NCBI GenBank assembly: GCA_973895155.1
Contig: OZ316892.1
Span: 25,195,233 to 25,259,232, forward strand
DNA: 64,000 nt
Reading direction: 5' to 3'
DNA from: Marsupella aquatica
Lineage: Eukaryota; Plantae; Marchantiophyta
Shown: piece by piece, positions 49,510-63,445 of the stretch
Layout of the letters: each line of letters opens with the position of its first letter
Numbering within the stretch: position 1 is the stretch's first letter
Translations under genes and position numbers: made by a program
The notes under the pieces: model-generated
Told to the model about the DNA's origin: nothing
The model's input: the letters and a program-made list of their open reading frames with translations, nothing else
The model's database searches: none

Positions 49510-49932
49510 CTGACGACGTATCCTGCTCAGGACTCCTTTATCTGGCCAACCTATCAATGCTTCCTGGATATATTACGTGGCAAGACATTCTCAGGAGAGG
49601 CACCATGCCAATGAAGGATGAAAACAGTTGATGCTGGCAGATTAAGAGATGGCATACCTGATTGAAAATGAATAACACATAATTCATTAGCAAATTTCCT
49701 CACACTTCATATCCCATACATAGAACTTGAAGATATAAGGTTTATCTTTGGAGCCTTGCACTTACAGCCACTTGATATAAGCGCTGGTCCAATAGGGCAT
49801 TTCAAAGTAGGAAGTGTCAAAGGTCCAATTGGGCATTCAAAGCAGGGCGTGTCAAAGTACTTTCATAAGAAAGGTCTTATGGGTGTGACCTTTTGGATGT
49901 GTGATGCTTATAGGGCACGTATATTGGTAGCT

Positions 49933-50128
49933 CATAAGATTCTTGTTTTTGCCATAAAATCATTTAATGTCTTTGATCATATCTCACTTTAAGGTTCTTG
50001 TCCTGGTCATAAAATCATTTTATGTCCTTGATCATACCTCACTTAGTGCACCCGCATGTATATAGGTAGTCCATAAGGTTCTTGTCCTGGCCATGATACC
50101 AGTTCATGTCCTTGATCATATCTCACTT
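49933..50128. repeat. ~55-bp repeat x3
   Basis: taag.ttcttgt..t.g.cat.a.a.ca.tt.atgtc.ttgatcata.ctcactt occurs three times. Confidence 0.85.
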
Positions 50129-53100
50129 ACTCCACTGTTTTGACAGGGCGTAGGTAGTGCATGGGACTTCAAATCTGTTAAAAACAAGATTGCGGAGGCA
50201 TCCAAGAAAATGATCAGTCTTCCTGATTTGTGAAGCTTCAGAGACTTTAACTGCAAGGCTTCTTCAGTTTTGAGCTAGCCTTGAGACATGAAGCTCTACA
50301 TGAACAGACTTGGGCTTCCTTGGTTTTCTCTGACGTGTCTTGGAATACCCTAGTTTCATCCTGGACCTGAGTGGAATATTAATTAATTTTTATTGTAGAA
50401 AATAATGCAACACCGAAGTATTTTTCTCCTTGTTTAGCTTTTAAATCTAGGGTAAGTCAGTTACATTAGGGTACAGTAATGCAAAAGAAAACCATCCTAA
50501 AATAAACAAATAAATAAATGAAGGGACAACAACTTTACCAACCAGCAAGTTACATTCTGCAGTTTACCATGGGCCCCCGCTGTTGGTGGAAAGATGTCAC
50601 CGGGCTCACGGGCCAGGTCATCGGAAATTGACACTTGTGGGAAAACACACTCCAACCCACTTCAGGCCCCACACAAAACCCCGTTCGGCCTCCTCATTGG
50701 GTGCGGTCTCCCCCCACTCCCGCCACGTATTGGGTGTCCACTGATAGGATTTTTACTTTTTTGTTCCCATTTTCGGGAATCTTTTGACACTGCGTGAGCG
50801 AGTGACTAATGGACAGTGCGATCTCGTAGACTCCAACTGTGCTTGGGATGACCGTCCTTGCCAAGGAATTGACGAGCCGATGACTATAGGATTACTTTGT
50901 AACGCTCTTGGCATGGCAGGTGGCACAAGGATGATTTTTAAGGATTTTTTTTCTTTTCTTTTCTTTTTGGGCACCTCGCAAGGCATGAGAAGATGCAAAG
51001 TATACTCCTTATTTAATTTTCTTCCGTTAGTTTTCCATGGTTGAATTTTCAAGGATAGTACTCAGATGTTGGGGCAGTGGGTTGTACTATTGGAATATAA
51101 ATAAAATGACCAATATTGGCAACGATGAAGGAATACTTTTCAATCAGATGGGATTTGGTGAATTTTTGTCACTTGACCAAATTGGAAGTTTAAACACCAA
51201 ATCCAATCTGATTCAAGAAACGAGGTCAAGGATTTTCTTTTTCTGGCCACGTGGCAATTGTGACGTTATGTAAGAGAAAAATGCTTAAAATGTTATTTCT
51301 CAAATTTTACTAGATTAAATGCTGAACTTTAGATCTCTCTAGATGGAAGGATAACTCTGGGTGGGCAGGTTTGCTATTGTCCTGGAGTGGAGGGTATTAC
51401 ATTTTTGGGGCACACGTCAAACTCTGCGTGCATTTGGTAAGTACGTGATAAACCAGAGTAAGTTTCTTTTTTCTTAATTCTTTTCTTTCACTCTGGCAAA
51501 TGTCACCTTGTGTGAAGGAGAAATTCCTAGAAATACTCCTTAACTAATTTTTCCAGATTAATTCTTCATCAGTGGACCTCTCTGGATTTAAGGGGCCCCT
51601 GGCTAGGTGGGACTGGCTAAGAACTGCCTTAGACATGGCAAATTTTAACCAAAAGTGGCAAGAAAAACTTACTGGAAATATATGCTTGATAGACCCCAAA
51701 AATGAAAGCTGTTATTTGATGGCCTTGAGTGATCTGGACTCTTAAACTAAACCATAGTATCCCAAACCTCACATGTTTAGTTGGGGTGAAAAATTGGTTT
51801 GGGAGTCTATGAAACAAAACCATCTTTTTAAGTGAAATGTAATTTGACAAGGTTTAGTGAATTCAAAAAACTGAAACCCCTGCGGAACCCAAATTAACTT
51901 GTTGCCATCAGATAGCACGTTGGTTTTGGAAAACAATTGTACTTCTGTGGTCAACAGCAACATTGTCCATCCGGATTCCAAGATTCATGTGAGTAGTCTA
52001 TCCAAACATTAATTAAAAAAACAATAATCTGTCGTCACCTTTGCTATTGTACGTTTGATTGCCTTTGGGCACATGTCAAGCTCCGAGTGCATTTGGTAAG
52101 TACACGAGTTCCTTTTGGGAACGATGAATTGCGAATTTGGGACCGTACCAGACAAGCAGAGGCTTCCCCGGGTTTTGGAAAGACCCTTGCTGTCAGTAAA
52201 GTTTCCACTCAGGAGTGAACGAAGAAAGTCCTTGGCTCCAGCTTCCCTGCCCTCAAGGATGGGCAGGCCTCTCTGGCTACGTGTCTGGAACGGATAGGGG
52301 ACTTTGTGCTCGTGTCGGAAAACTGTTTGCGCTATTAGGCATCTGAAGGGGTCTTTAAGTACAGTACCTCTGATGTGGCTGCCGTACTTCCATTGTGGGA
52401 CGGTCCACAATAGACGTAAGTGTTTGCTGGATTTCTGGATTCTAGCACGTGTCGATGCCTCCTTTAGCAGTTGGCACGCTTGTGTAGCTTACGAGACATT
52501 TTGGTGCCAATTTGTTGGAGCTCAGGAAAAAAAACCCACGTTGGGATGGTTGTGAGCCAGAATGAACGGCCAAAGTTAAGAGATTGGGTCAGATTGTCAA
52601 AATGAATAGTGTATTTTATAATTTTAACTGAAAGGTGACCCCTTTATATAATTTTCAAATAGTTTACCTGATGGCTAGTGGTTTCTCAATTCCAGATTAG
52701 TCTGGATCTTCACAAAGTGAGAATTTCATTTTTAGATGATTTGTTATATTTGACATCTTAGTGTTCATAGAAAATGGAGAGAATGATCTCAAGAAAATAT
52801 TGCACTTGTCAAAAGGTGTCACAATCTTTCTAATCATCAATTATACGGAAGCAAATTGGTTTGGAAATACATACCTATTGGGTGGACCTTCCATTGATTT
52901 AACATTGCATTGTTGTTGGCAACCTGTGACAGAAGGCTGTTACTCTGCATAGATATTTAAGGAGCGGGTAAAACACTTTTCATGGCACAACTTCTCAGTG
53001 AATTTTGAGATAGGGATGTTGTGATTAATCAAACAGATCCTTTGTCAAAACATGTGTTAGTGAGCAGCTCAAAATGGAATGAAATGAAGAGCACATTATG

Positions 53101-53935
53101 GCAAAAGACAAGACAACAACACTGCCTCATGCAAGAAAGGATAACAATGCTGTTGTCCCACCTGGAACGGAAGAAACAATGAGGAAATTGCATTACAGTT
53201 TACGATGAAACTGCACACGGAAAAAAACACTGCTCCGGAAAGGGACAAAAGAGATGGAGAGTCTTTGATTGGAACTTCCAAGACCTAAACTTCTTCCATG
53301 CACATTAAACTCTAACTCAGTTCACTGGTTCCTGCAAATCTCATTTATTACAACCCTCTAGGTCCCACTCTTAGATGTTGCCAGTCTGCCCATTTGCATG
53401 GTAGGTGGTAAGAGAGTGATTTCCAATTTTTATAATTATCAAGTCTTTTGTGTGCAAAGGGCTCACTCTCCCCTTTGGGATGAGGGTGTGTGCAAGGGCT
53501 GGTTGACTCGTCAAGCTTGAACCTAGCCTAGAACCTCACTTGCTGCAATGAAGACATATAGCTACTACTGGGTTATGCACGCTTGTTGAGACAATTGTAT
53601 ATAGAGCAAACTTTACAATTATGTGGATCAGCGCACCATAGGTACCATTCAGAAATGTGAGGACATACACCCTTCACCTTCATTAAATGGGAAATGGGGG
53701 CAGCTATTGGGTTTCAACTTCGCTACCTGTGCTTCTCCCAATAATAGTAACCCCAATTAGGCAATACACTTTTGAGTGACCAGCTCTACCAACTTCCGAC
53801 CAAACTTGCCTGGGCAGCGGGCAGCCAGAGTTAAACAACTTGAACTCACATCTATCTTACTTTCTGCCAAAGTGCCATAACAGGCAATAACGGGCAGCAC
53901 CCAAATGGTTGGGCCCAATATAAATGTCTTGCCAA

Positions 53936-54268
53936 TTTCCAATGAACCTCGTTCAGAGTCACTAGACAGAATATGCCCAAAGGGAAGAACACCTTTTTTG
54001 TCCCCTCTCTGAAACTTCCTTTAAAACACGAAAAGAAAAACATATTGCACAGAAAGGGCCAGACAGGGTACAATGAAGAGCAAACAAAAGAAGTACAAAA
54101 CCAACAAACCCAAAAACCCAAAAGAAGAAGGTGCAATGAAAAAAGAAAGATAAGACACTTCAATAAATTAATGACTTTCCCATGAACCTCTTTCCGAATC
54201 ATTAGGCAGAATATGCCCAAAGGAGGGGAACACCCTTTTTCACCCCTCTCTGAAAGTTCCTTTAAAAA
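53936..54268. repeat. ~90-bp direct repeats flanking a ~150-bp A/C-rich spacer
   Basis: ttcc.atgaacctc.ttc.ga.tca.tag.cagaatatgcccaaagg...aacacc.tttt..cccctctctgaaa.ttcctttaaaa at 53936 and 54177. Confidence 0.85.
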
Positions 54269-54807
54269 GGGGGGAACAACTTTATCACACGACAGATCCG
54301 AAATCCAAAAACAACTCTGGCGCGGCTGTTGGAAGCACTTTCGATTGGATTGGAATGCAGGAGTCGATATAATCAGGTGGGTCTTCGAGAGAGGGGGAGG
54401 GTGTGCGGCTGGGAGGCTGTAGGAGGTCGAGTGAGGTGGAGTTGTGAGGCTGGGAGGCCAAGAGAAACACGCTGGGCAACGCAAGCACGGCCTCAAATTG
54501 TGATTCTATTCTGGTCCTGTCGGACACTTGTTTCTTCATCATTCTACGCATCTTTCGTTCTCTTTCGTCTCTTGGATTTTCGAGAGGAATTCGTCATAAT
54601 AATTCTCCTCTCTTCCTCTTTCCATTGTTGGGTTTCTCTTTACGCTTACGCGTGTGAGACGATCCTTGAGGAGGGGGTTACTCTCTCGTCGCGGTAGAAC
54701 ATTTTGTGAAAAGCTAGCTTTCGTTGCGAGTTGGAAAGCATTTCTCGGCGACGGTGGTCGGAGGTTTTGTGGATTTGTGTGATTGGCAGCAGACAGAGAA
54801 ATACACA

Positions 54808-56388
54808 ATGGCCATGGCGGCGGGGTCCTCTGCTTTGATGCGGGCTCACTGTGCCCCTCCTGCAGCGGCTCGTGGTGTTGCTGAGAGAGAGCTTGCTGCA
54901 AGCAGGATGATGAGCAGCTGCTCTAGGGGTTTAGGGTCCTCGGCCTCTGCACTCCGTGGGGCGAAGCTGATGTGCAACACCAATCATGGCACCAACAGCA
55001 ACAGGGCAGGGAAGATGAATTTGGTGGTACCAAGAGCGGTCTCCGATTCTCCACCTTCAGAGTCATGCCTTGATCCAGACGCAGGAAGGAGTGTCCTGGG
55101 CATCATCCTTGGAGGAGGCGCTGGCACCCGGCTGTATCCTCTCACGAAGAAGAGGGCCAAGCCAGCGGTCCCACTGGGTGCTAATTACCGTCTCATCGAC
55201 ATTCCCGTGAGCAATTGCATCAACAGCAACGTCAACAAGATTTATGTACTCACGCAATTCAATTCTGCGTCCCTCAATCGCCATCTCTCCCGAGCTTATG
55301 CCAGCAACATGGGTGGTTACAAGAATGAAGGTTTTGTGGAGGTCTTGGCTGCCCAGCAGAGCCCTGAGAACCCTAACTGGTTCCAGGGCACAGCCGATGC
55401 CGTGAGGCAGTACTTGTGGCTCTTCGAGGAGCAGCAGGTGCTGGAGTATCTTATTCTGGCAGGAGACCATCTCTACCGTATGGATTACCAGGATTTCATC
55501 AGGAAGCACAGGGAAACTAATGCTGACATCACTGTTGCTGCCCTTCCCATGGATGAAGCTCGTGCCACTGCATTTGGCTTGATGAAAATCAATGACAGGG
55601 GCCGGATTATTGAGTTCTCCGAGAAACCTGAGGGGGATGAACTGAAGGCCATGATGGTGGACACCACAGTGCTTGGTCTTGACAAGGAGAGGGCCAAGGA
55701 GCTGCCATACATTGCTAGCATGGGTATCTATGTCGTCAGCAAGGAGGCCATGATTAAACTACTGCGTGAGGACTTCCCCGAGGCGAATGACTTTGGCAGC
55801 GAGGTCATTCCTGGCGCCACCAAACTCGGAATGAATGTGCAAGCATACCTGTATGATGGGTACTGGGAAGACATTGGGACCATTGAGGCCTTCTACAATG
55901 CCAATTTGGGCATCACCAAGAAGCCCGTCCCAGACTTCAGTTTTTACGACAGGACTTCTCCAATCTACACTCAGGCACGATTCTTGCCTCCATCTAGGAT
56001 GCTGGATGCGGATGTAACCGATAGCGTCATCGGTGAGGGTTGTGTGATTAAGAACTGCAAGATCTTCCACTCGGTTGTGGGGCTGCGGTCATGGATTGCT
56101 GAAGGAGCTGTTATTGAAGATGCTCTGCTGATGGGTGCTGACTACTACGAGACAGACGAGCAGAGGAGCGAGTTGTTGGACACTGGTGGCATCCCCATGG
56201 GCATTGGCCGGAACTCCATCATCAAACGTGCGATTGTCGACAAAAATGCTCGGATTGGGGAGAATGTGAGGATTGTGAACAAGGATGATGTGAAAGAGGC
56301 TGCCAGGGAAACTGATGGGTACTTCATCAAGAGTGGGATCGTGACCATCATTAAAGATGCTGTTATCCCGAACGGCACTGTGATTTGA
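54808..56388 (+). CDS. APS1: ADP-glucose pyrophosphorylase small (catalytic) subunit, plastid precursor, 526 aa, intronless CDS
   Basis: Transit peptide to PRAVSD, then SCLDPDA (redox Cys), [58 protein letters not shown] and [19 protein letters not shown]. First ATG at 54808. Confidence 0.98.
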   Translation: MAMAAGSSALMRAHCAPPAAARGVAERELAASRMMSSCSRGLGSSASALRGAKLMCNTNHGTNSNRAGKMNLVVPRAVSDSPPSESCLDPDAGRSVLGIILGGGAGTRLYPLTKKRAKPAVPLGANYRLIDIPVSNCINSNVNKIYVLTQFNSASLNRHLSRAYASNMGGYKNEGFVEVLAAQQSPENPNWFQGTADAVRQYLWLFEEQQVLEYLILAGDHLYRMDYQDFIRKHRETNADITVAALPMDEARATAFGLMKINDRGRIIEFSEKPEGDELKAMMVDTTVLGLDKERAKELPYIASMGIYVVSKEAMIKLLREDFPEANDFGSEVIPGATKLGMNVQAYLYDGYWEDIGTIEAFYNANLGITKKPVPDFSFYDRTSPIYTQARFLPPSRMLDADVTDSVIGEGCVIKNCKIFHSVVGLRSWIAEGAVIEDALLMGADYYETDEQRSELLDTGGIPMGIGRNSIIKRAIVDKNARIGENVRIVNKDDVKEAARETDGYFIKSGIVTIIKDAVIPNGTVI

Positions 56389-59300
56389 GTAAGAGCACCA
56401 GGTGATTCTGCCCGTGAGATCTCGAAGTGGACGTGTGCTAAATCTATTCTCCTCGAGCGAGGGGTGGCAAAGAGATATGAAAACTGCACCACGTCTCTCC
56501 CTATCTGCAATAATTTGGAGAAGAGGAGACAAGCTGCTTCTGCTGCTCCGAAGGAGTGGGCAAGAAGTTGAAAGAGATCGAATCACAGGAGGAACATCTC
56601 GCCCTATCTCTTTAGTCAGTAGTCAGGGCGACATGCTGTCCCCAAGGAAATTTTGTTTAGGACTAGAAGTGAGGATGTAGTAGGCAGGGATCCTTCAATC
56701 TTCTGTAAATTACCAACATTTATGCCTGTCCAGAACAAGCACGTTCTGGAGGAGGCAAAGCTATTATTATATCCGAAGGAGACTACTGTTTCAGGACAGA
56801 CCTTGCTCAACCGACATATATGCTGTGTGTCCTTGAATCTTTTGTATACTTGCAAATCTTGGTTGTTGAGGACAGCACTTGAATAGATTTTGCACTGTCC
56901 CCGCAATGATCAACCCTTTGTGTTTTCGAGACTATTTTCTTGTGCCTTCTACAAATTTCTTTAGTGCAGGTCTCTTTGTTGTTTAAAGCTGCATCGTTGT
57001 TTCAGTGACGATTTTTGGTTTCATCACTTTCCGACATCAATCCTCTCTTTTCACCTAGAAGCCGAAATGTGCTATGAAGGGAGTTTTTTAAGGATAGCAC
57101 CAATGGTGAGTAGCATATCGCTTCACTTACACAGATATAAGGCGCTCTGGGTAGCATGAGTGACGCTGTTGTCCGTTATATTAAATTAGGCAGAAAGTTA
57201 AAGATCAGGGAACAGAAGAATCACACTCTTGAGATCTTCGCCACTATAACAGTAGATAGCATGCTGAAGACACGTGCTCAGTGAGGCATGATGAGATGGT
57301 CACCAATATGTCAAGGTTTCAATTAACGAAGAATTCTACGCCACATGAAGCATCTTTTTCGTTCCATTCTGATCAGGAGGTGCATTGAAAATCGATTGAC
57401 GACGTATTGTTGCCCTCTATGACGAGTATTTCATGTTTTTCCCAGGAAAGGCGTCGTGTCGAGATATCTAGTATCAGGACGGCAGATGTTTGGAACAGGG
57501 AGCTCCAGTCATTGCGTTACGTCATGAAATTTGTGTTCTTTCTTTCCCCTTCTTGATTGAGCGTGTGTGCATCACGGGGACGTTAAAAACCAAACACTAC
57601 AATATGCAATCCAACTATTCCTTTCTCATAGTCTAAATCTCATTGTGTCGAGAAGCCTTCCAGGCCATCAGATTATGGCGTCATTTTTACTAGCCATTGG
57701 ATGGACCTAACCTCCAGGCCCAACCCTTCACTCTACTTGAAACTTACTCTCCTTGAAACTCACACATTCCTTGAAATCCATGTCACTCTCCTTGAAGCTC
57801 AAACATTCCTTGAAATCCGTTGCCAAGTTGCCGACTCTTCAAATCATGGTGACATTTTCCCCTCACCATGAGGTGGACCCTAAACTCAAGGCCCAACCTG
57901 TCACTCTCCCTGAAGGACAATCTTTGTAGTTTGGGCATAAGAAGTGACCTACTTACCACCGGGTAAACTAATTGAAACTCTCTACAAACAGAGAGGAGTT
58001 GGTTTAGAGGCAATATTTCAGTCAAAACTATAAGACTGTTACCTAAGTCGTTTCAGATGTTGAGAGGTAGAAATCTATCTGGGCTTCACAACAAACCCCT
58101 CTGCCAATCTAAGGTTCTTTTCCTTGCCATTGAACCTTGAGATTATTTCTGGGATAGATTTTATGTTAGCTACAAGTATTTATATTATACTAGTATGATT
58201 GTATGTGATATTCCAAAATATACAATAAGCTATTTAACCTCTTGAGCAACACTTCTGCCCCAAGGCATGACTTACAATTGACAATATTGTGCAAGACACT
58301 TGCATTAGTCTAGTTCAACATGCATTTTGAGATTTTTGCTTCCTCTCCTATTCAGAATTGAGTAACAACACTAGGAAAATAAAATTCAACAATGGATGTC
58401 CTAATAGAGATTCTGAGTATTATCTTTGGCATGGAAGCAAATCACGTCAGCAAGCCTGGGTATCATGGTAGTGACTTGCTAGCAAAAATCTCTGTTTGCT
58501 AGCATCTTAGAAGCCCTCCTTAGTAGGTCCGTCTAGTAGTTCTTCAATGCTTATAATGATTACTCTACCTTTGGCCCATCTGAATCCATTTGCAGGAACC
58601 TGTCTCCTGCCATTAAGAGTGGGAGTGAGCAACCCTCACTCCCAAAAACTGGTCCGTAGAACTGAAATTTTCCAAAAACTCTTCTCTTGAATGGTTGTTG
58701 ATGTCAACCAATGTACAGTAGACCCCAGAGGACTGATGCAAAGTAGGAGGCACACTCTTATGCAAAATGACCTTATCCAAACTTGAACCAGTGACATGCT
58801 CCTCACATGGTACAGTCAGTTATAATGCTTTGGCTCTACGAGTTTGGAACATGTAGAATCAACCTCTATAATACAGTTTTCTGCCCATTCCTGGGCTTTG
58901 TCTGCTTATGAAAACAAAAAAGGGAAGAACAAATTCTTGATCATCCATTAAAAAGGAAGATTTTTTAAAATCATCTCATTGTTTCTCCAGTCTCACATGC
59001 AATGGCACATAGCAACAGGAAGTGGTACAACATGCCAAGGTACATCTGACCGTCATGATGTATAGTGTCCCGACCATAGACACATCGTAAACATGCCACC
59101 AAACCATCAAGTCCATGAGATTAAAAATCAAAAGAATGTGTCACAAATATACACAAATGATGACATGGTATGTCCATTGCGGAGGTGTAAACCTCTGTAT
59201 TGAAAACTATCGGGATGCCCAAATAGACCTGGGCATCTAAGGAATCAATGTCTAACTCTGTGTATTAAGTGGCAAGCTATGTCTGAAGTGCTTTCATTGC

Positions 59301-59949
59301 CTTCATAATGATTCACAAAAACCAAACTAACAAGTGAGCAAGACTCTACCTAAGTAGTGGGTGAAGCAAACAAATGGCTTTGCTTGAAGAACACCAAAGC
59401 TCACTACAAGAACATTACATCAACTAAAACTAGATGAAGCAAAAGGTGCCCCCAGAAAATAGCTTTGCTTCAAGAACACCCCATACTTGCCATACAAGAA
59501 CAAAAACTTGATTATGGCCCTCATGGGCAATTGGAACCCAAATCACAAACGGACAAAAACAGAGTGGACCCAAAGGCTTGGCGGTCATGCAAGTGACATG
59601 GCAAATGGAACCAATGGCCATGTACCTAGGCATGATAGACATGATCTATGTGTAAGTCCTGGTGACTGTAAGTGCTGCTTATGCAATTGTACTTGAAGGT
59701 ATCCCTAATTATGGTTGTATCATTGTAAACTTTACTTCATGGAGAAGATTTGGCACAATGGAGGGATGCATGAGAAGATATCATTATGCAAAACATGTCA
59801 TTGCATACCCACATCTTTTACGTAACACCAACTTTTGTGCACCTGCCAACAGCCAACACGTTTGCCAATTCAGAAAGCACCAAACCCAAGTCAAAGGTCC
59901 CTCTACCACCAAGTTTAAACAAGTGTTCATGATTGCAGCCTAACCACAT

Positions 59950-61250
59950 CTTTAACAAAACCTGATAGATTAAAATGCCTTGGCAGAGCTGACATAGTCA
60001 TCCACCAATGAAGCGTCGAGAAGAGCCATCAATCTTGCAACGGCAGAGCTTGTAGGACCCACTACTCTAATTTTCAGAGCTCTTTGCCGCTCTTTGGAGC
60101 CCAGAGAGGCATAGCTATGTGATAACTCACATGAGTAAAGACTGATAGGTCTTGGGTTCAAATGTTGTGATTGATTGTTTCCTTTCTGTGGGGTTTCACA
60201 GATGAACACTTAAATTTAAATAATAATAATTTCAGATCTTTCTCCAGTGAAAATATAGTCTTAGAAGCTGATAAACATGAAAGTTCAATTCAATATTCTA
60301 AGGTCCTTAAAGGGCTCAACTCTGTAGGCCCATCTCCACTATATGGCACTAGGGACCATGTTTACTCTGCAGAGGCTCACAACCCTAGGAAAGCCTCGGT
60401 TATCCCCCCATTGTTCAATTGTGAATCCATGCATATTGTGCCAATTGAGAGGCAAATCCTTCCAGCAGTTTTCCTCTGTTGACCAGCCCTTAATAGTTCT
60501 TAGCCCTAGTCTTCCGCAAGTAGCAGCAACACCAGAAATGTCCTCATTGGGCAGGGAGTTGAAGTCAGCCATGTAGTGAAGGTGTCAATGATACTCCGAC
60601 ATCCATAAGTCCCAATCCGCCCAGGTGCATAGGAAAGATGATCCTGCATGAGCTTCCATGCCTCCACAGTACGTCCACCTGTGTAAGGTAATCCCACCAC
60701 CGCATCAACAGAGTAGTAACCGGTCTACAATAATCTAGTAATTTCTTTTAGGACCTTGGAATCAAGCCAGTCCATCATAGCCAAATTGCCAAGCATTCTA
60801 GACCAATTACCAGGACAGTTCAAAGCATTGGTAAATTCACTATCAATGCATCTGGATGGCTCTTAAAATCTTTAAAGCCCTTTGCTCCTTTCACTTTTGC
60901 TAGTGCTAAATTTAGACCAGGCTACAAGCATTTGTTTTACCCCCTATTGGTTGTAGCCCCACAGAATTTCTGCTGAGTGCAATGAGTTTCTGTTTTCTGT
61001 GCCAGTCTTGCAGAAGCTGTAAGATACATCACATGGTAGGTAGGAATTGCGTGCAACACATCCTTGATGAGATGCTTGACTAACAACAATCTGCCAGTAA
61101 AAGAGAGCAGGTTATTGGACCAAGACCGCACTTGAGCTCCAATTTATCCCAAAAAGAATTTATGAACTTATCCAGTCAGTAATCCAACTCCCAGTGCAGG
61201 GCCCAGTTACTTCTGGGCATCTCCCTGCTTAGTGGTATGACATCACAAAT
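59950..61250 (-). mobile_element. Decayed L1-type LINE ORF2 fragment
   Basis: RSWSNNLLSFTGRLLLVKH...VLHAIPTYH matches the plant L1 motif W...LLS.AGRL.LIK.VL.AIP.Y. Frames are broken and boundaries approximate. Confidence 0.75.
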
Positions 61251-62439
61251 CTTAGCTCATGATGTAAGCATGTGCAATGTGTCAAGACATCTTTGAAATG
61301 TGTCTCCCTTGATTATTCTCCAGGCAGATAGCAGAGAGTGACCATGCCTAATCCCAAGACACCCTGGCAGCTGCCCCCCATCTTGCAGCCGGCCCCCCGG
61401 CCCCCGGCTCTCCCCATGACAACATGGTCGCAACAACAACCGCACAGCACAGTCATGTACATTGGGCTAAATAGCATGTTATCGTGGTTGTTAATATAAT
61501 AATATAAATGATCATGATCAAACAATGTAACTTGTGATCCCGCCCAAACATTCACTGTGGTCTGTTTTAGGAATGAGTTTTAAGCCGGACTCAATACTGA
61601 GTTTTTTTTATGGCTATTGAATCAGCCAAAGGGCTCCTAGCCTGGCACTAAACTGACGCAAGCATTGTTTTTATCACTTTGACAATGACAACATGGTCAA
61701 AATGATTACATGGCCGCAACTACAAATAAGATGTCTCAAGAATTTCTTTGCCTTATTTGCATTCTTTTCCTTGCCTTGGCATCTTTTGTGCCATGCACAC
61801 GAATGGGGCTAGTTGAAGATTAACAGGAACAAAATTGGGCTACACAAAGTGTTACCAAGATGCATGGTGAACAGCGCATGGACTTCTCCCAGTTCTACAT
61901 CGACTCGAGTGGGCATACCGAAATGCTTGTGAACAGTGTATTTATGGCCGAATTCAGACCCTCTGGAGGTGATGTTTCAAAAAGACCTCTCGGTGATCTT
62001 TGGAACGGTTAAGAGTATGATGGAAATTTTATTCTTTGTGAATCTACCAGTTAATCTTCATTCTTGCAGATTTGTCCCATTTCTGTTTGCACATCATGTG
62101 TGGAACCTGCAAGTTTTTGCAAGAAACAATTCTCGCCCGCCTGGATAAATGTGCTTGAGCAATAATTCTAGTGCATCTCATGTCTGAAAAGTGGTTGCAG
62201 ACATAAAACTCAATCGTGAAAGTAATTTACACAACATTGGTGGATATTTCTTAGCGGTAGATTCTAGGAGGTGGTGTTCAGCAGACCAATACAAGCTGTG
62301 AAGCAATGGTCTGACCACCTTCTGTCATCAGTACCTGATAATTTGAATCAAGAAAGTTCATGGCCATGGTTTTGTTCAATCAGATGATTTCCCAGCGTGC
62401 GAGAACTGAGGTCAGCATTTCAAGCGCGGATCACTGTCT

Positions 62440-62636
62440 TCGACCGAGATAGCTCAATGACATAGCCTCACATTGACTCAATTTGCTGCTTCTGTTTTGA
62501 ATGACGTTAACGTGTACTGGGGGAATCCGAACTGTATTACTGTTTTGACCGAGATGAATCAATGACATAGCCTTAGCATCCACTTAATTCGCTGCTACTC
62601 CCGCTCTTCAGGACATTGATGTATACTGGAGGAATC
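62440..62636. repeat. ~106-bp degenerate tandem duplication
   Basis: gaccgagat...tcaatgacatagcct...cact.aatt.gctgct.ct...gac.tt.a.gt.tactgg.ggaatc x2. Confidence 0.8.
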
Positions 62637-63445
62637 TGGATTGTGAAATTTCAAAACGCTGACTATCGAATCCACACCATATCGCTTCTTACACAGTACA
62701 AAACCCAAAATTCTCATTCGACCAAAATCCCCGTCAAGATGTCGTGAATCGAAAACCAACAAATGGATCAAGCATCAAGAAAAGAGATACGATTTCTACA
62801 ACGAATTTCACGGAAACTTATTCTGGCAAACCATGGTTAAACATTTCAGTGGTAGCTGCGCTCTTGTCCAAGTTTATGTCTTCCAATCTCCCCAACTACG
62901 TCTGTGGGTTGAATGCAGACCACAAACTTGCGCCATTAAGGATACCAGCACAGGCGAATAATTTCCACTAACAGAAAAGAAGCAGGATATAGAACAACTT
63001 CCTGCAATCAAATGTGAACTATATATTCATGATTGCTTTTAGATTTTCTCTAAATGCCAGGTTCAATTTCCAACCTAGCTCTCCCTCTGTACAAGAATAG
63101 GATAAACAGCGACTTTTGGCTGTCCCCCTAAACCATAATTTTCTCTGTCCTCTTCTCCACGCGCCATGAGCAATGGCGTGGACACGAGTTGTTGAATCTC
63201 TAAAGGCTGCAATTCACCGGATCTTTGGTGGGACGAAAAGGCTCTTAAGTTAGTTGGGTATATCTCGATTGTGATACAGTACATGAATCCATGGACTAGG
63301 TTTGTTAAGGATCTACAGTAGGTTGGTTTTGCGAGTGATGCTCGCGTATCAGTGCAAAAATTAAAAAAATGGAGATCTGACGGCCTTGGCGATGATATGT
63401 TATAAATTATGAAAGGAAAAGGAAGTATTTAGACTTTTCAGGAGA

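Noticed and set aside
50380-52700. Possible large non-autonomous DNA element (37-bp motif repeated at ~51408 and ~52067)
   Set aside because: Termini and TSD could not be defined.
54724-54807. ORF-track N-terminal extension of AGPase from TTG
   Set aside because: The ATG at 54808 begins a typical transit peptide; the upstream part looks like UTR or intron end.
55063-56586. Antisense ORFs over AGPase (similar ones overlap HPPR, DUF2062 and the CRE element)
   Set aside because: Shadow ORFs of GC-rich coding sequence with no motifs.
57288-57372. Box C/D snoRNA candidate (ATGATGA...CTGA)
   Set aside because: No terminal stem and no convincing rRNA-complementary guide recognised.
59031-59634. 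15-bp inverted pair catgccaaggtacat / atgtacctaggcatg
   Set aside because: Pairing does not extend and there is no TSD, so it is too weak to call a MITE.
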